Shown: positions 1-12,899 of the stretch, piece after piece
Layout of the letters: every line of letters starts with the position of its first letter
How positions within the stretch are numbered: the stretch's first letter is position 1
Origin: Anthoceros angustus
Taxonomy: Eukaryota; Plantae; Anthocerotophyta
Assembly: GCA_010909165.1 (NCBI GenBank)
Contig: MU008159.1
Coordinates: forward strand, 1,736,001-1,800,000
Length of the DNA stretch: 64,000 nucleotides
Direction of reading: 5' to 3'
The notes under the pieces: generated by a model
The model's input: the letters and a program-made list of their open reading frames with translations, nothing else
What the model was told of the DNA's origin: nothing
The model's database searches: none
Position numbers and translations under genes: made by a program

Positions 1-439
1 TTGGCACAGTTGGGGAAAGAGCATGGCCACATTGTCTCCCAAGCGTTACCAAACTTCCAAACTTCCCATCTTCACCTCATCTTCATGTTCATATGAAAGA
101 GAGTTGCCAGGCCTGCAACGGAGAGGTTTTGGACAGGATGTTGGGCAGAAGGGTAAACGGAGGAGGTTTGTTGTTTGTTGTTGTTGCTTTCCGACATGCA
201 TTAAAGGAGGATTTGGTTGGTGCGAAAGGTAGGGGCGGCGAGGCGCATGCTGCCAAAAACGGTATACGCAGGTAGATACATACATATGTAGGCGAAATCC
301 GAAGGAGAGGCGTATTGTAATGTGTAATGAAACAGGCAAACAGGCAGGGTGGCCCCACCGACTGAACGGACTGCAGCCCCTGCCAAACGCCTGGGGCGGC
401 GCGGTGCTGGAGTGATTGAGGCTCCATCTGGGAAGCCGC

Positions 440-850
440 AAGTGGGCCCGGGGCCGAGCCTGGCCAGGCCAGGCCAGGCCAGCCCGGTCCCGTGACCCGT
501 AAGTTGTAACCTGTCCGTCCCCCGTTCTCGATTCCCGACTCTCGACCCGCCGCCCCGCCGCATAAATAATTCCGTTTCCAGCTCCCACCCTTCCACCTTC
601 CACCGTGCGCATCATTCCTTCATTCCCCTTCTCACCCACGGAACGGGGTTCCCGCCAAAGCCAGCGCCCGGGCCCAGGCAATGAGCGCTGAATCCCTGGC
701 GAATCCGGCGAATCTTCACCGCCAGGCCTGGGCAGCGCGAGTCCCTGGGCCCCAGCTTCGGATCAACCCGGGCCTCGCAGGCCCGTTCTTTTGGAGACGC
801 GCGTCTCCATGAAAATGCCTCGTGTGGTTGCACACCAGAGATGGGCCCCC
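440..850. promoter_or_regulatory. GC-rich putative promoter region with clustered site II-like motifs (TGGGCC/GGCCCA)
   Basis: TGGGCC/GGCCCA words near 443, 671, 747 and 842, plus a GGCCA repeat at ~460-481. Site II motifs are known TCP-binding promoter elements in plants. The target gene is not established. Confidence 0.3.
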
Positions 851-2124
851 CTTCCCTCCCTCCTCGCCCCTTCGACGGCTCTCGTCGCTTCAAAAACCCG
901 GCGGCGCACAACACACTGCCGTATTCACCCACCGCCGTTTAATGCCAGGCATCACGGAAAGGTAAAGGCAAAGGGGTGGGTAAAGGCAAAGGCAAAGGCA
1001 AAAGGCCAAGGCCTTCTGTATGTATACAGGTAATTGTTCCTACATAATACATAATAATAGGCCTCACATGGCAAAAGACACTCACCTTGTTTTACCAATA
1101 CAATGGTAGTAACGTACATAGGCCTGGAGAAATTACGTGCCGGCAAATGCCGTGTAGGTATACGTGACAGGCTAAAGCCTTCTTTCACGTTTTACGAAAA
1201 CCTCTAGAGGGAAAGGAAGGTGGTTGCGGGATCCAGGCATGTTATTCTGGAGAGCCTGTACTGTCGGGGAATTTGGGCACGAATTTTCACCGGCTTTGGA
1301 ATTCTTCAATGTCGGGAAAATACACATGTCAACCACCGAGCCTCACACGAGAAAGGGGTGAAGGGGTGACGGAACGGGACGGGTCGGGACGGAACGGCAT
1401 TGGGTGACAGTGGTGAAATGCAGTGCCGCCAGCAGCCAGCTGGGGAGCGGTACTGTTTGTGGTGCGCGCCGTTCCGAGGTTCCTCTCGCTTGGCAGTTGG
1501 AGCATTAATATTCCGGCCCCGCCCCTTCCGATTAACTATTTCTTTTCCCTGCCTTCCTTAAACCGCCTTCACGCCCGGCCTCCCGCTTCATTGCTTCATT
1601 GCTGGCCTCTGATTCTCTGCTCCCGGCTGTGGCAACTTGGTAAGGCCTCGCAGGCCAATTTGCTGCTGCCGTGTTTGCTCCGCGCGTCTGCATCTCGCGT
1701 CTCTGTGCTGCTGCTGCTCTGCGGCCTGGAAGGCGTCAATTGATCGCGGCTTGGTGCGATTGTGTGTTGAATTGGCCGCGGCAGTGGGGGGGTAAGGTGG
1801 TCCAGGAGCTCAGCAGCTTGGCTCGGTAGGTGGTGAGGCTGCCCGGGGGGGAGAGTGACGGCGGTACGAATGGAGCTTCAATTTCCCGGGACCGAGAAGG
1901 CCCGGGTTTTGTGGAGGAGCTTGGTGATGAGGATTGCCAGGTTCACTCCTTGACGCGTGCGGTCCCGACAAGACAGATTTCCTTTGTGCTCTTGCTGTTC
2001 CTTCCTCAGGATAGAGTATCTCTAGGGCTGTTGCAAGGGCAAGAGCGGGCACGGCCCTTTTGCTGCTGCTGCGCCTGCTCCTGCTCCTGGTGCTTCTGCC
2101 GCACCTGTCACTCTGGGCTGTGAG

Positions 2125-2737
2125 ATGTCGAGTGAGGGCTCCCAGCCGCGTACGGAGAAGGATGTTTCCTACTCCTACATTCTCATGGTGAGCTCATTTT
2201 GTTGCGGGCCCGGGGGAAATCGATGAGGTGTGTTGAATTGTTGCTTCTTGCGGGAGTCGGGGCTTTTTTCTGCTACCATCTGATTTGTATCTGCTTCCTG
2301 AATTTCAGGTGCAACATCTGATTGAGAGGTGTTTGAAGCTCTACATGGACCGTGATGACTGTGTGGACGCGCTGGAGAAGTATGCTCATGTGAAGCCTGT
2401 CATAACTTTGACTGGTGCGTCACGTATCTCAGCTTGGACCTCTGTCCGTGTTTACATATCCGCGTTGCATCAATTGCACGCCTCATCATGTCTGTCAGCT
2501 CAATGCCGGGCTGCTTGTTTGTTTCCAGTTCTTAGGCTTGCTGCTTAAGTTTGATCGTTTGGCTCGCTATCAGTTTGGAAGGAGCTGGAGAAGGAGAACA
2601 AAGATTTCTTCTTGGCCTACTCGCAGCAACTTGCCGACACCGAGGCCAGAGCCTTCAACCAAGCGCTTGAGGAAGCAACCTCCAAGCTCTGTCAACAGAA
2701 GCTCGACGAGTGTGCAGAGATTCTCAAGGACCTGTGA
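2125..2737 (+). CDS. Plant-specific TIGR01589 / A_thal_3526 family protein, 110 aa, 3 exons (2125-2187, 2309-2414, 2574-2737)
   Basis: GT-AG introns join into one frame: MSSEGSQPRTEKDVSYSYILM|VQHLIERCLKLYMDRDDCVDALEKYAHVKPVITLT|VWKELEKENKDFFLAYSQQ...EILKDL*. This matches the family pattern SYIxMVQHLIExC...HAxIKPVITxTVWKELEKENKxFF. Confidence 0.9.
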
Positions 2738-3599
2738 CATCAGTGCTCAAGCCCGATGTCGACGCTGCTTCCGTTGTGTCTGTACCTGTATCCCGGAGGA
2801 GCATTCTAGCTGTTTCCAGACACGCATCTGTATGTGACCTGGATATAAGGTGTCGGTTGGTTTCCCTCACTTCGTCAAGCAGAGTCCCATGGAGTAGTTG
2901 TGGGGGTGAGCTACATTGTCACGGCACCTTCCGATGAGGGCCAGCGGTGTTACCCATACGCAGAGTATAGAGGAATCTTATTGAGCGGTCCTGGATCTGA
3001 TGGAACCTTGTCTGGCCATGTCTTTGTCGACACGGGGGTGGGAATATCTCTGCCTGTCCACCGTATCTCGCCAAGTTGCTCTTGGACAGAACATATCAAG
3101 TCTGCGGCCACTTACACTGTCATGTCGTCCCGTTCTGTCCAAGACCACTAGCGGTCCACAAAATGTCAAACCAAGTTAGCCAACGTATCTACAACTCTAG
3201 CCAATAAAACTGTTTGGTGTACAGAATCCAGATGGTGAAAACATCAGGCAACAGGTCGCATGCGCTCCCATACGCTTGGAACTATGTACGTATGTATCAT
3301 GTGTGAAATATTTGAAAGTAAGAAACGAAGTAATATGCAGTTTCATTTTGCATGAGATCATAAAGTGTGGGCAAAATGAGATATGCATAGTGAATCAAGT
3401 ATACTGTTGCGCACGCATTTGTCTTTCTATTCTTGGTTATGCATCTTTGTATGAGCTTTGTTTCCTCCTCTGCATCCATTTTTTCTTTCGCTTGAATTTC
3501 CAAGTTAATCATTCATTTCTTCATTGGGATATCGTGTTCTGCCTTGATATTGAAATATGCAACCAAGTTGTGCATATACAACGTAGTAAATTAGGTCCT

Positions 3600-5890
3600 A
3601 GTGACCTCTAAGAGAGGGCATCTCCAAAATCTGATGTGCAGCAGAAGAACTAGGGACCTAGGGACCTACGTATATAGTGCCGCAGAATCATGCAAGCAAA
3701 GTGCATGTTGGTAAGGATCTTTTGGCATATAGTGTGGAACGCAAAAGTTTGAGCCTCCCTACCATTATGGTGAAATTTGGTTTCATCTGGATTCGATTTT
3801 GATCCAAGATGAACTATAGCTCCATCGGCGGCACTTCAGCCCCCGCGTCGGGAGGCTAGGTACTCCCCATCAAGTCCCTCAACGCTTACGTGTCTGGTAT
3901 CTTCATACTTTGATGCCACATTTAGGACCAGCTTCAAGCGGTACTAATGCCTCAAAGAGTTCCACACTATCGTCTTCCAGGGTCACCTCTTGCACCATCC
4001 TCCATTGTACGCGCGGCTCATTGCTGCAGTCACCGACTCCTCCAGCTAACTTGAAGAACCTCTGTGAGGCAGCTTACAACTCACATCTTCATCCTCCTCC
4101 TTCGAAATCCTCCTTAGGTCGGCTCGGTTGTTAGACACACCCAAGAGGTTGAGGTATAGTGTTGCTCTTGACCCAAACACTTTGAATAGGCTATTAGCTT
4201 GTGGGGTTCTCATGATCCTTGCCATGCAGCTGCAGAGGGATGCGGACAATCCCTTCATCAGTGTTGCTCCAACTTCTCCAGCCCTATCGATAGTACATTG
4301 TCTCCATCCACAAATCCACCATGACTCGAGTTTGTGCTAAAGCGTCCACTATGCCCAAAGAAGACATCAAATGTGCGCGGTGACCAAGCAATATACCTCG
4401 ACAAAGGTAAAGTTAGCTGTTCTTGGTTTGAATGAAACCTTCAGCATGTACCTCGTCACCCTCAACACATGCTCAGTGGTCCCAGCTATGGTTTGATATC
4501 CTCCACTTGGTATACTTCAACCTGTCTTGGTGGAGATCCGATGCTTCCTTCACTCTTATTCTAACGATGATTGGCTGTGCTCCCGTGTCAATCAACACCC
4601 TCCTTGGCGCGAATCCATTGATTTCAATGTGTCTCTTCCGATTGTTGACCAAAGCCACCCCCACTTGTGCAGCATTCCGCTTCTCCACAGAGATGCTTGG
4701 CTTGGAGGTCAGCAATGACATCATTGCTACCTGCTGTGGCACATCATGGACACTTGCTTTGTGTTCAAGGGTTGTCGACATCTGCCGAGTCAAACCCCTG
4801 ACTTCCTTTACGCTCAGCCCCATGTCTTGTAGGCTGAAACATGGCATCTCCAGAAGCCTTTGCACCATCGTCTCCATCAGCAGTCTGCGCATGGGTTTCT
4901 CCACATCGCCCACTTCGGACTTTGATGTTGCTCCCACAGTTGCTCATGTTGGCAATGGCTCAAACGACTTTGGCATCTTGTCATAGGTTCGAGAAGAGGA
5001 TCCCGAAGCTTCCTTACGCGTCTTTTGCATTGCAACTGTCAAGACGTCCTCTTAACAACTTTAATATTCATTGCGACGGAATAAACAACGCCGGTTCTGA
5101 GAAAGTTGCCTCCGCTTGGTAGTTTTTGTCCAATCACTAATTCACATAAAACACGGCACTTCAAAAGCACCCGCCCCTGTGCTTGGCAATCCATCAGAGT
5201 GGGAAGTAACTTTTGTGTCCAAATCGTTTGAAATGATGGTGACAAGGCGCAGGAATGCTGGCGCCCAAGCGGAAATCCTTAGTTCTAATTAGGCTATCTC
5301 CGTTCCGATGTAATCAAAATAGGCCTAACGCCAAACACATAACAACTTAGTACTGGAAGATGCCGGCAACTCCAAAGACAGCAAACCTGAGACATACAAT
5401 CCATAGTAACATGAAAGTGTTTTGGCCAATATGGAGTTCGGATCCGGGGATCAGATTTAGCTGCCGTACAGTCTGCCACCTATCGGAACCAAGATCATAT
5501 TTCTAAGGCGTTCTTCATTTGGGTCTCCGAAAGTGTCAACATCCATCATCACCTGGTGTGGACAAGGAAAGAACTATAGACTCCCCTTTAGGAAGGTAAT
5601 AAGCGTGTTTTTTTTGTTTTCTTTAGTGTGTGGCGGGGAAAATAAGGCGGAAAAAGGGGAAATAAGGACGAATGGGCTGGATTACGACATACAAGAAGGG
5701 CTGAAGGAAGGGACGGGACAACGCTGAACTCCAAAGTAAGGTACAGGACTAGGAGTAAACTCGAGCGGACTACAAAATCCGCAAAGCCATGAATCAAGGG
5801 AGAAGGAGCGAGCCGAATCGGCAAGCCGGGACACGTGGGCCGGTCTTGAGTAGAAGAGCGATGACACGGACTAGGACCGCAGAGTTGTCA
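3600..5890 (-). mobile_element. Truncated Ty3/Gypsy remnant: degenerate gag, aspartic protease and start of a C5-DNMT domain
   Basis: ORF 4473-4937 contains RRVLIDTGAQPII (retropepsin DTG). At 3890-3970 a frameshifted VELF(G)GIST(G)LEA(V)LKCGIKV*RY is readable. Boundaries are approximate. Confidence 0.65.
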
Positions 5891-8031
5891 GCGACCATTA
5901 TAGGCAGTTAACCACAACCCAAGGACATGCGCCAAGAAGGTGGCGGGCGTGAAGTTGCAATACGATGTAGACTGGCCGATTATTACAGGCGTAAAGGACG
6001 CCTTCCTGCATCACTGATGCGCCAACGGTCTTTGGCCGAGAGAAGACCATTTTTCAGTTGACTTCTCAGCTTCTCGGTCGCCGCGCTTAGACACCCCGCT
6101 TTACGCTTTCCTAATGTTCGAAACGCGGCGTGTGACCTGCCTTCTTGCGGTGTGTCGATCCCTCCGGAGCTCAGGAGCCTCGCGGAGAGTATCATAGCCC
6201 TCCATACCTCAGCGGCAGAGCGAGTGGCGCGTGAACATGGGACCCAGAAGGCAAAGTCAGAGCCACGGCGCTGGTGGAGAAAAGACATTGTGACAAGGCG
6301 CTACCGGATTTTGGCCATGGCTTGTCAAGCGAGAGTCAGGCAGAGGTGGACTCGACATCTTTCAGCGGTATGGACTTTCTACAAGATGGCGCTTAGTCCT
6401 GAATCGCCCGAAGATGTTACAAGTAACAACCGTGCGCTCCAAGAGCTTATGGGAGGACCGAGGAGGTGGATGGTGGAGATCCTTCGAAATCACAGAGGAG
6501 GTAGGGGGCGTGGCTGGCCGGGCTACTCACGGAGGCGAGCATGGAGGTGAAGCCTTGCAGGACTAGGACACACCCGGTCCAAGGGCGCACCTGTGAGGAA
6601 GAAGGCTCATGAGGCATCCGGGATGCCATGCGGACCCCCTCCCCACCAAGGAAGTATGGGAAGAGATTCTTGCCTCCCTCCTCTTGGTTCTTCCAATGAG
6701 CAGAAGCCTGGTTGCTACGACGGAATGGAGTCTTCGCAGAGCACCAGCCTCCGAGGCTCGCCCGAACCAGGCCACGAAGCCCGACGGACTAGGAAATCAA
6801 GACAATGAAACAAGTCTGCACAAGGGTCATCTACTTCAACCAAATTGAGCTCAATCGGCACCGTTTCTACATTTTCCAAATCCGCCTTTCACCACCAAAG
6901 TCATCACCTTCAACTTTTGCAAAACAGAAAACGCGGAGCCTCGTTGTTCATGGTGTAGTGTGCCGTTTTCATCCCATATCGTCAATGCCAATTGGTCTTC
7001 AATCGGCCGGTCGTCCTGGGGTCTGCGGAGTCCTTCATTCGACCCTTCTTTCCAAGCAAGCTATACACTTGCATTTTTCCCACACGTTGCCTCATATGTA
7101 AGATCTCCTTTGCCCAAAACTTGCCAAGGCCCAGCTGAAACTTATCTCTGTTATTTCTTCGAACTTCGTCCCGGCAGCCGCCCATCGTCACTCGTTGTGA
7201 CATATACATTGAGTATCGCGCGCTCTTTGTCAATGGCCAACGCCTTTTCCGTTGAATCGGCCACCAAAAATGACCACGATCCTGCGCGCCAATCAATCGT
7301 CTTCGTTGGAGAACATGTTCACCAACATGCCTAATAAACAGTGTTTCGATATGGCGTCGACCATCTTATCACCGCAGGAAATCACCTTTTCACCATAGCT
7401 CCATGTCGGATAACTCTTGGGAGCACTGTTTGATGTCTTTGCTACAAAAGAGGAGCTTTTCCGCACCGGGACTCTGTCTTCACCTTCCCATCACAATATT
7501 CTCATTTCCAAGACCACCGCTTTATTTGGTCCGATGGGAGAAGTGCGAACTCGTGAAAGCGTGCAGAACAGACAATGTGACGACGGTTAAGCGAAAGCAA
7601 GCTAGACCTAACTACAATGGCAACAGGCCGGTCATCGATCCTCCTCGTCCAGGCTCCAATGCTCGGAAGGGCATGGAGAGCATTCAAGGAGTCCCGAGAA
7701 GACGAGAAGGGTGAGGAGATGTTGATAGTGTGACCTGAAGGTCATCCAAGGAAACTGCACTGAAAGATATGGATACCGATGTTGGCAACAGGAAGAAGAT
7801 TAACCTTATCGAGCATGCCTTCTGAAGGCTGGCGAAGCCACCTTATTTAGAAGTCGCCAAACAAGCTTTTCCCAAACATACCAAGGCCAAGGAATTGGCT
7901 TAAGTTTCAAACAATTTTTGCGAAAAGTATAGGATTTGAGGGTACGCTGTCACCGGGCGATATCACGATCAATAGTCAAGATTGAGTAACCAACACCTGG
8001 CGACTTCCTTCTTGTTTGTTTCCGTAGGCTG

Positions 8032-8071
8032 GGCGAGGGGAGTCGCTGGCCGACCGGCGACTCCCCTCGCC
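8032..8071. repeat. Perfect 15-bp GC-rich inverted repeat (hairpin) with a 10-nt loop
   Basis: GGCGAGGGGAGTCGC-tggccgaccg-GCGACTCCCCTCGCC. Confidence 0.85.
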
Positions 8072-8529
8072 ACCGGCTCATCAGGAGGGCGCATGACCTG
8101 CAGCTGCGCGTGACCGGCCAAGACATTGGGCCACCACCCCAGCGCACTCCACTGCTCAATTAGTTGTTTCGACCACACCGCTACATTGCAACCGGAGACA
8201 TTGAGGTTGAAGCTCGCCAAAACCATTCAAGATTTTGTTTATAAGCGCGCGAATCGGGAAACGGATGGAAGAAGAGCGAAAACAAATGGCCGATAAGGAC
8301 ATGGATGCGGGAGGCCAGGCCAGTCTGTGTTCGAACAAAGTGGCATGCATCGTGGCATCGAGACATTTTGGATATGAAAGGATTTTTGCCACCGAGGAGG
8401 TATACTCTTCTTTCCCCGCGACCTCTCGAGGTTTACTGCCAGCATGAGAATGACAAGGCTTTCGTTGAAGAAGAATTGAAAGAGATCATCGCTCTTTCGA
8501 GAAGACCACAAATATGTGTTCGGAATTCG

Positions 8530-10199
8530 ATGCATGGGGTGGATGGGGTGATTCAAGCGGGGAGGCTTTGAGGTCGGGCGAGAAAGGAGTCATACAAACC
8601 ACGGTATGGGAGAAGCCAACATCCTTTTAGGTTGTATAACGGCCGATCTTTAAGATGGGGCTGTATTTGCTGGAACGGAGGTACCTTCAACAAAGTGAGA
8701 CGGAGGTGGTAATAAAAGGGATGCAAGGGTCAAGGTGGACATTATCAGTCACCACCAAGAAAATCTTGAGGCTGGGTAATCGTACCCACCATGTATGGGG
8801 AAACACACCAATTTGTGAAGAGATGTGATGCTTGTCACCGGATCGGGAAGTCTCCCCACAACACAATGGCCGCTGGTGCCCATACTAGCACTAGCGCCTT
8901 TTGAGAAGTGATCATCGTCAGCCCATATAATTTCACGACAAGGCACACACAAAAGCGGTACATCTTGGTGGCAACGGACTCGCACAGTGGGTGGAGGTCT
9001 AGACCAGGACTCGACGGCACGGTGGCCAAATTCCTCACGAAACATCATCACAAGGTACGGGTGTCCATTGCGTTTGTAAGTGATAGGGGAACTCATTTCC
9101 TCAATGATGTGATAGCCGCAATGACGGACTATTTTGGCATCACACATCGCAAAACGCCCCTATAACCCAAAGGCCAACGGATTGACGAGAAGACCACCAG
9201 ATGTGTTAGGATAATTCGATGCATGGGGTGGATGGGGTGATTCAAGCGGGGAGGCTTTGAGGTCGTGGTGCAGAAAGGAGTCATACAAACCCTGGTATGG
9301 GAGAAAACCAACATCCTTTTAGGTTGTATAACGGCTGCATCTTTAAGATGGGGCCAGACGGCGTGGAACGGAGGTACCTTCAACAGGCGGAGACGGAGGT
9401 GGTAATAAAAGGGATGCACGAAGGGCTCAAGGTGGACATTATGCGGACAGTCACCACCAAGAAAATCTTAGAGGCTGGGTACTGGTGGCCCACCATGTAT
9501 GGGGAAACACACCAATTTGTGAAGAGATGTGATGCTTGTCAGCGGATCGGGAAGCCGACTCCCACAACACAATGGCCGTTGGTGCCCATACTGGCACTAG
9601 CGCCTTTTGAGAAGTGGGGCATCGACTTCGTCGGGCCTATACAGCCCATGACAAGGCACACACAAAAGCGGTACATCTTGGTGGCAACGGACCATCGCAC
9701 CGAGTGGGTGGAGTAGTCGCACTAGGGCCGGACTTGCAACACGGTTGGCCAAATTCCTCTCTGAAACATCATCACAAGGCACGGGTGTCCATTGGCTGGT
9801 GTTTATAGGACTCATTTCCTCAATGATGTGATAGGCAATGACGGACTATTTTGGCATCACATCGCAAAAGCACTATAACCCAACGGATTGTGGAAGACCA
9901 CGGCTTATCTGCCGCATCCTGAATAAGCTTACGGTCAATTATGCGCACGACTGGGATACAAAGCTACCATCAGCGCTATGGGCCTTCAGGATGGCAGAGA
10001 AGGTAACTACACAGAGAACTCCGTATTACCTAGCCTATGGGCACTTGCCCATTATGCCGGTAGAGTTTGAGGTGCCAACACTCCGCGTCATGATGGAGAG
10101 ACGCTTAACGGATGAGGAGAGCCAACTGGAACGCTTGCTAGGGTTTGTTCAGCATACGGAGGGTCGAGAAGAGGCGCAAAGCAGAGAATGCAACCTGCA
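8530..10199 (+). mobile_element. Ty3/Gypsy (non-chromovirus-like) integrase fragment, partly tandem-duplicated; continues at 16520-16830
   Basis: ORF 9297-9716 has the H2C2 region and core start (KILEAGYWWPTMY...VKRCDACQRIGKP...FEKWGIDFVGPI). ORF 9838-10199 has WDTKLPSALWAFR...TPYYLAYG. 8530-9160 is a noisier copy. Confidence 0.9.
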
Positions 10200-12899
10200 T
10201 GTAATCACAAGTTGTGGCAACGCAAGGCTCCACCAAGAGTATGTGAAGGAAGGAGTTTGGCCTTCTTTATGACATGGTGGTAGTGTATTCAAGTTTATAC
10301 ATCGAGGATGCTTGTGTATTTTGTCCCGTTGTTTATGTTGTTCTTTGCCTGTGCGTGATTGTTTATCTTTCTTAGGGAAAGACCTCAAGATGTTATCTGA
10401 TTTGTATGTCCCTAGTGCTTTTGTTTCTATTTGATTTCTCGTTGCTGTAGTTCAGCGTTCGTTGCTGATCTTGCTTGCTGTTACGGCAGCGTCGATGGTG
10501 TTACTTCCTCTCATGTAAACGACCAGCCGTAACTGTCTTCGCCTGGTGCTTTCGAGCTTCTGTGGTTGGCTAGGCTTACTTTTGTTCAGCCCTGTTGCAT
10601 GTGTGATACTTGTGTTCTTTCTCTTCTGCAAAATCTCGTATTGCTTGATTGTTTGTTTGTTGGAAGTGTCCCCTTTATCTGTCGCTCGTTGTCGTGGTTC
10701 CATGGTTTGGTATCAGTTCTTTTGTCTTGCCCGTCTTCTTGTCTCTATCACACGATCGCTTTTGTTATTTAGGTTTCGATCGTTTTGTTCGTAATTTTGT
10801 TTCGCTGGTTTAAAATGTCGCTTAAAAGCGCTTATGCAACTGCTCAAGTCTTTGTTCTGACAGCTTTCGCTTTGCTCGTGTTGTAACCCTCTCCTACCGT
10901 GTTTTGATGCGCAAGTTTTCGCTTTGAAGTGGCGGTCATAGATCGGGACCACTTTGGTAAGTCATCAAATGTCTTTTGTGTCAATCGGTTTCTCGCTTTA
11001 CATATGTTGTTGGAAAATGTATGTTATCTTCTCTTAGCTTTCATTGTTTATAATGTTGAGCGATTTTGTTCTTAATTGTCTTCTATTCCTTTTTGAAACG
11101 CAGGAGTAATCGGTGCAAGAGGTTGTTGGACGTAAGAAAGGTTGGTTACCTTTTTGTCGTGCGTTTACATTTGTCCGTCATGGTTCTCAGATCGTTTGTT
11201 TTGTTGTGTCACCGCAAAATCTTGCCTTCTCGTTCTTTCTCGGAGAGCGTCGCTTGTGTGATCTTACTCTCCCGCTTTTGATGCGTCAAGGTTTGATGTA
11301 GCGGACACATTTGGGACCTTGTTTGGTACGTCGAAACGCCTTTTGTTGTTACTCGCTTTACGTAATGTTGCGTTAAAATGCTATCATTATCTTGCTTTCA
11401 ATACCTTGCATTGTTCTTTATGTTGAGCACTTTTTAATTGTTTTGTATTTTTATTCCAGAAGTACCAAGATTTTTAATGTAAGAGAGTGTTGGTAAACAT
11501 GCGGCAAACCGTGACTTGAGTTACATTTGTCCTGGTTTATTTTTTCAGCTGCCGCATGACCACCATAATTGATCGTTTGTTCTTTTGTATTTGCAAAACG
11601 TGTTCCTCTTTCTTATTGGTTTTGGCCTTGGTGCAGACAAGCTTTTTTCTGGACAAGCTTTGTTCTGGACGGTTGAAGTTTTGTTTATGTTGTTATCCTT
11701 GATATGGTATGATTACTGTATGTATTGACCTGATGGTCTTTATCATTTTCGTCATTGTTTGGTTGCTGCTGTGGTAAGAGTTTGCTTTGGTACCACTTAT
11801 AAGTTATTTAATTCTATGTGTGTAGGCTTTATTGTTCATCGTGTGAAGGGTTGGCTCCAACGCTCGATTCGTCGTCTGAATCGTGATAACCTCTTCTTGC
11901 TTGATTAGTCACTATTGAATGTTCAGATGCTTGTCTTTTGTGTATCTCTTGGGCCACGCTTTTTTTGTGTTTCTTATTATTTGGCAAATAGGTCTAATTA
12001 CGTGAAATATGTGGTATTTTTTTGGGAAAGGAGTGCTCTTCTCTCACTAACATAAAGTGGAAAGGATCACTAAATTTAACAATGTGTAGATTCAATGAAT
12101 GTTCGCTCCATGTCCCCACACCCCTCTCTTTGTCTTGGATTGTTTATAATCATCTGTTAGACCCTTGAGAAGTTCGCTTTTTGGAAGTTCGAACACCACG
12201 TAAGTGTTTTTTTTTTTGATTTTGTTTTGTCAAGTTCTCCTTTAGGATGGTTGGTTTTGTCCACTCTAATTCTTTTTGGCTTTGCAGATGGCTCCTAAAA
12301 GAAACCCACCGGGCCTTCTCGACGGAAAAAAGGGTCCTTGGTCAAGTCATGGCTAAGCCGCATACAAGACAACAGTGTCAAATCCGATTCTTCATCACAA
12401 CCCATCCGCAGGATGATGGTAAAGTTGATGGTGTCTTGGTGCACGTGAAGGAACTTATTTAGTTCCCAAAAGACATTCCCAAAAGGCACTTCTCATCCAA
12501 GAAGGATGCTCGACGTGCGTGAGTTTGTTCAGAAGAGGAGAAGGGTGGACACTCGACCTGTGGCATTGGTTGAAGGTCCTCTTGCAGAGATTACTAACTA
12601 TGTCCCAAAGGTCTCGAGAGAGGGGTCCATTTGTGGGGAGAATGATTTCTTGATAAGCGATCCCATGGTTGTGAGTCTTGCCAAGCCGAGTCTAGAGATT
12701 TGTGCTGCCGTGAATGAATGCTTTGTGGCGCTTCCATGCCTGTGGTTCCCGACCGAGTCATCCCCGATCAAGAAGTGCTTGATATGTTTGAGAGGCTAAA
12801 GTGTGATGATCCAAGATGACTTTGCCATGGGTATGGAGGAAATTGATGATGAAGCAATTTTAGAGAGTGGATTTGACCCAATAGTCCCGAGGGAGCTGT

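Noticed and set aside
46-300. Possible first coding exon (MGSLEV, then a GT donor) of a minus-strand gene leaving the window
   Set aside because: Too short to support, and no recognisable product.
958-1010. GGCAAA/GGTAAA repeat (KGKGKG or AKAKAK if translated)
   Set aside because: Simple repeat with no supported ORF.
5900-8000. Scattered ORF fragments, possibly LINE or Gypsy derived
   Set aside because: No diagnostic motif could be read confidently.
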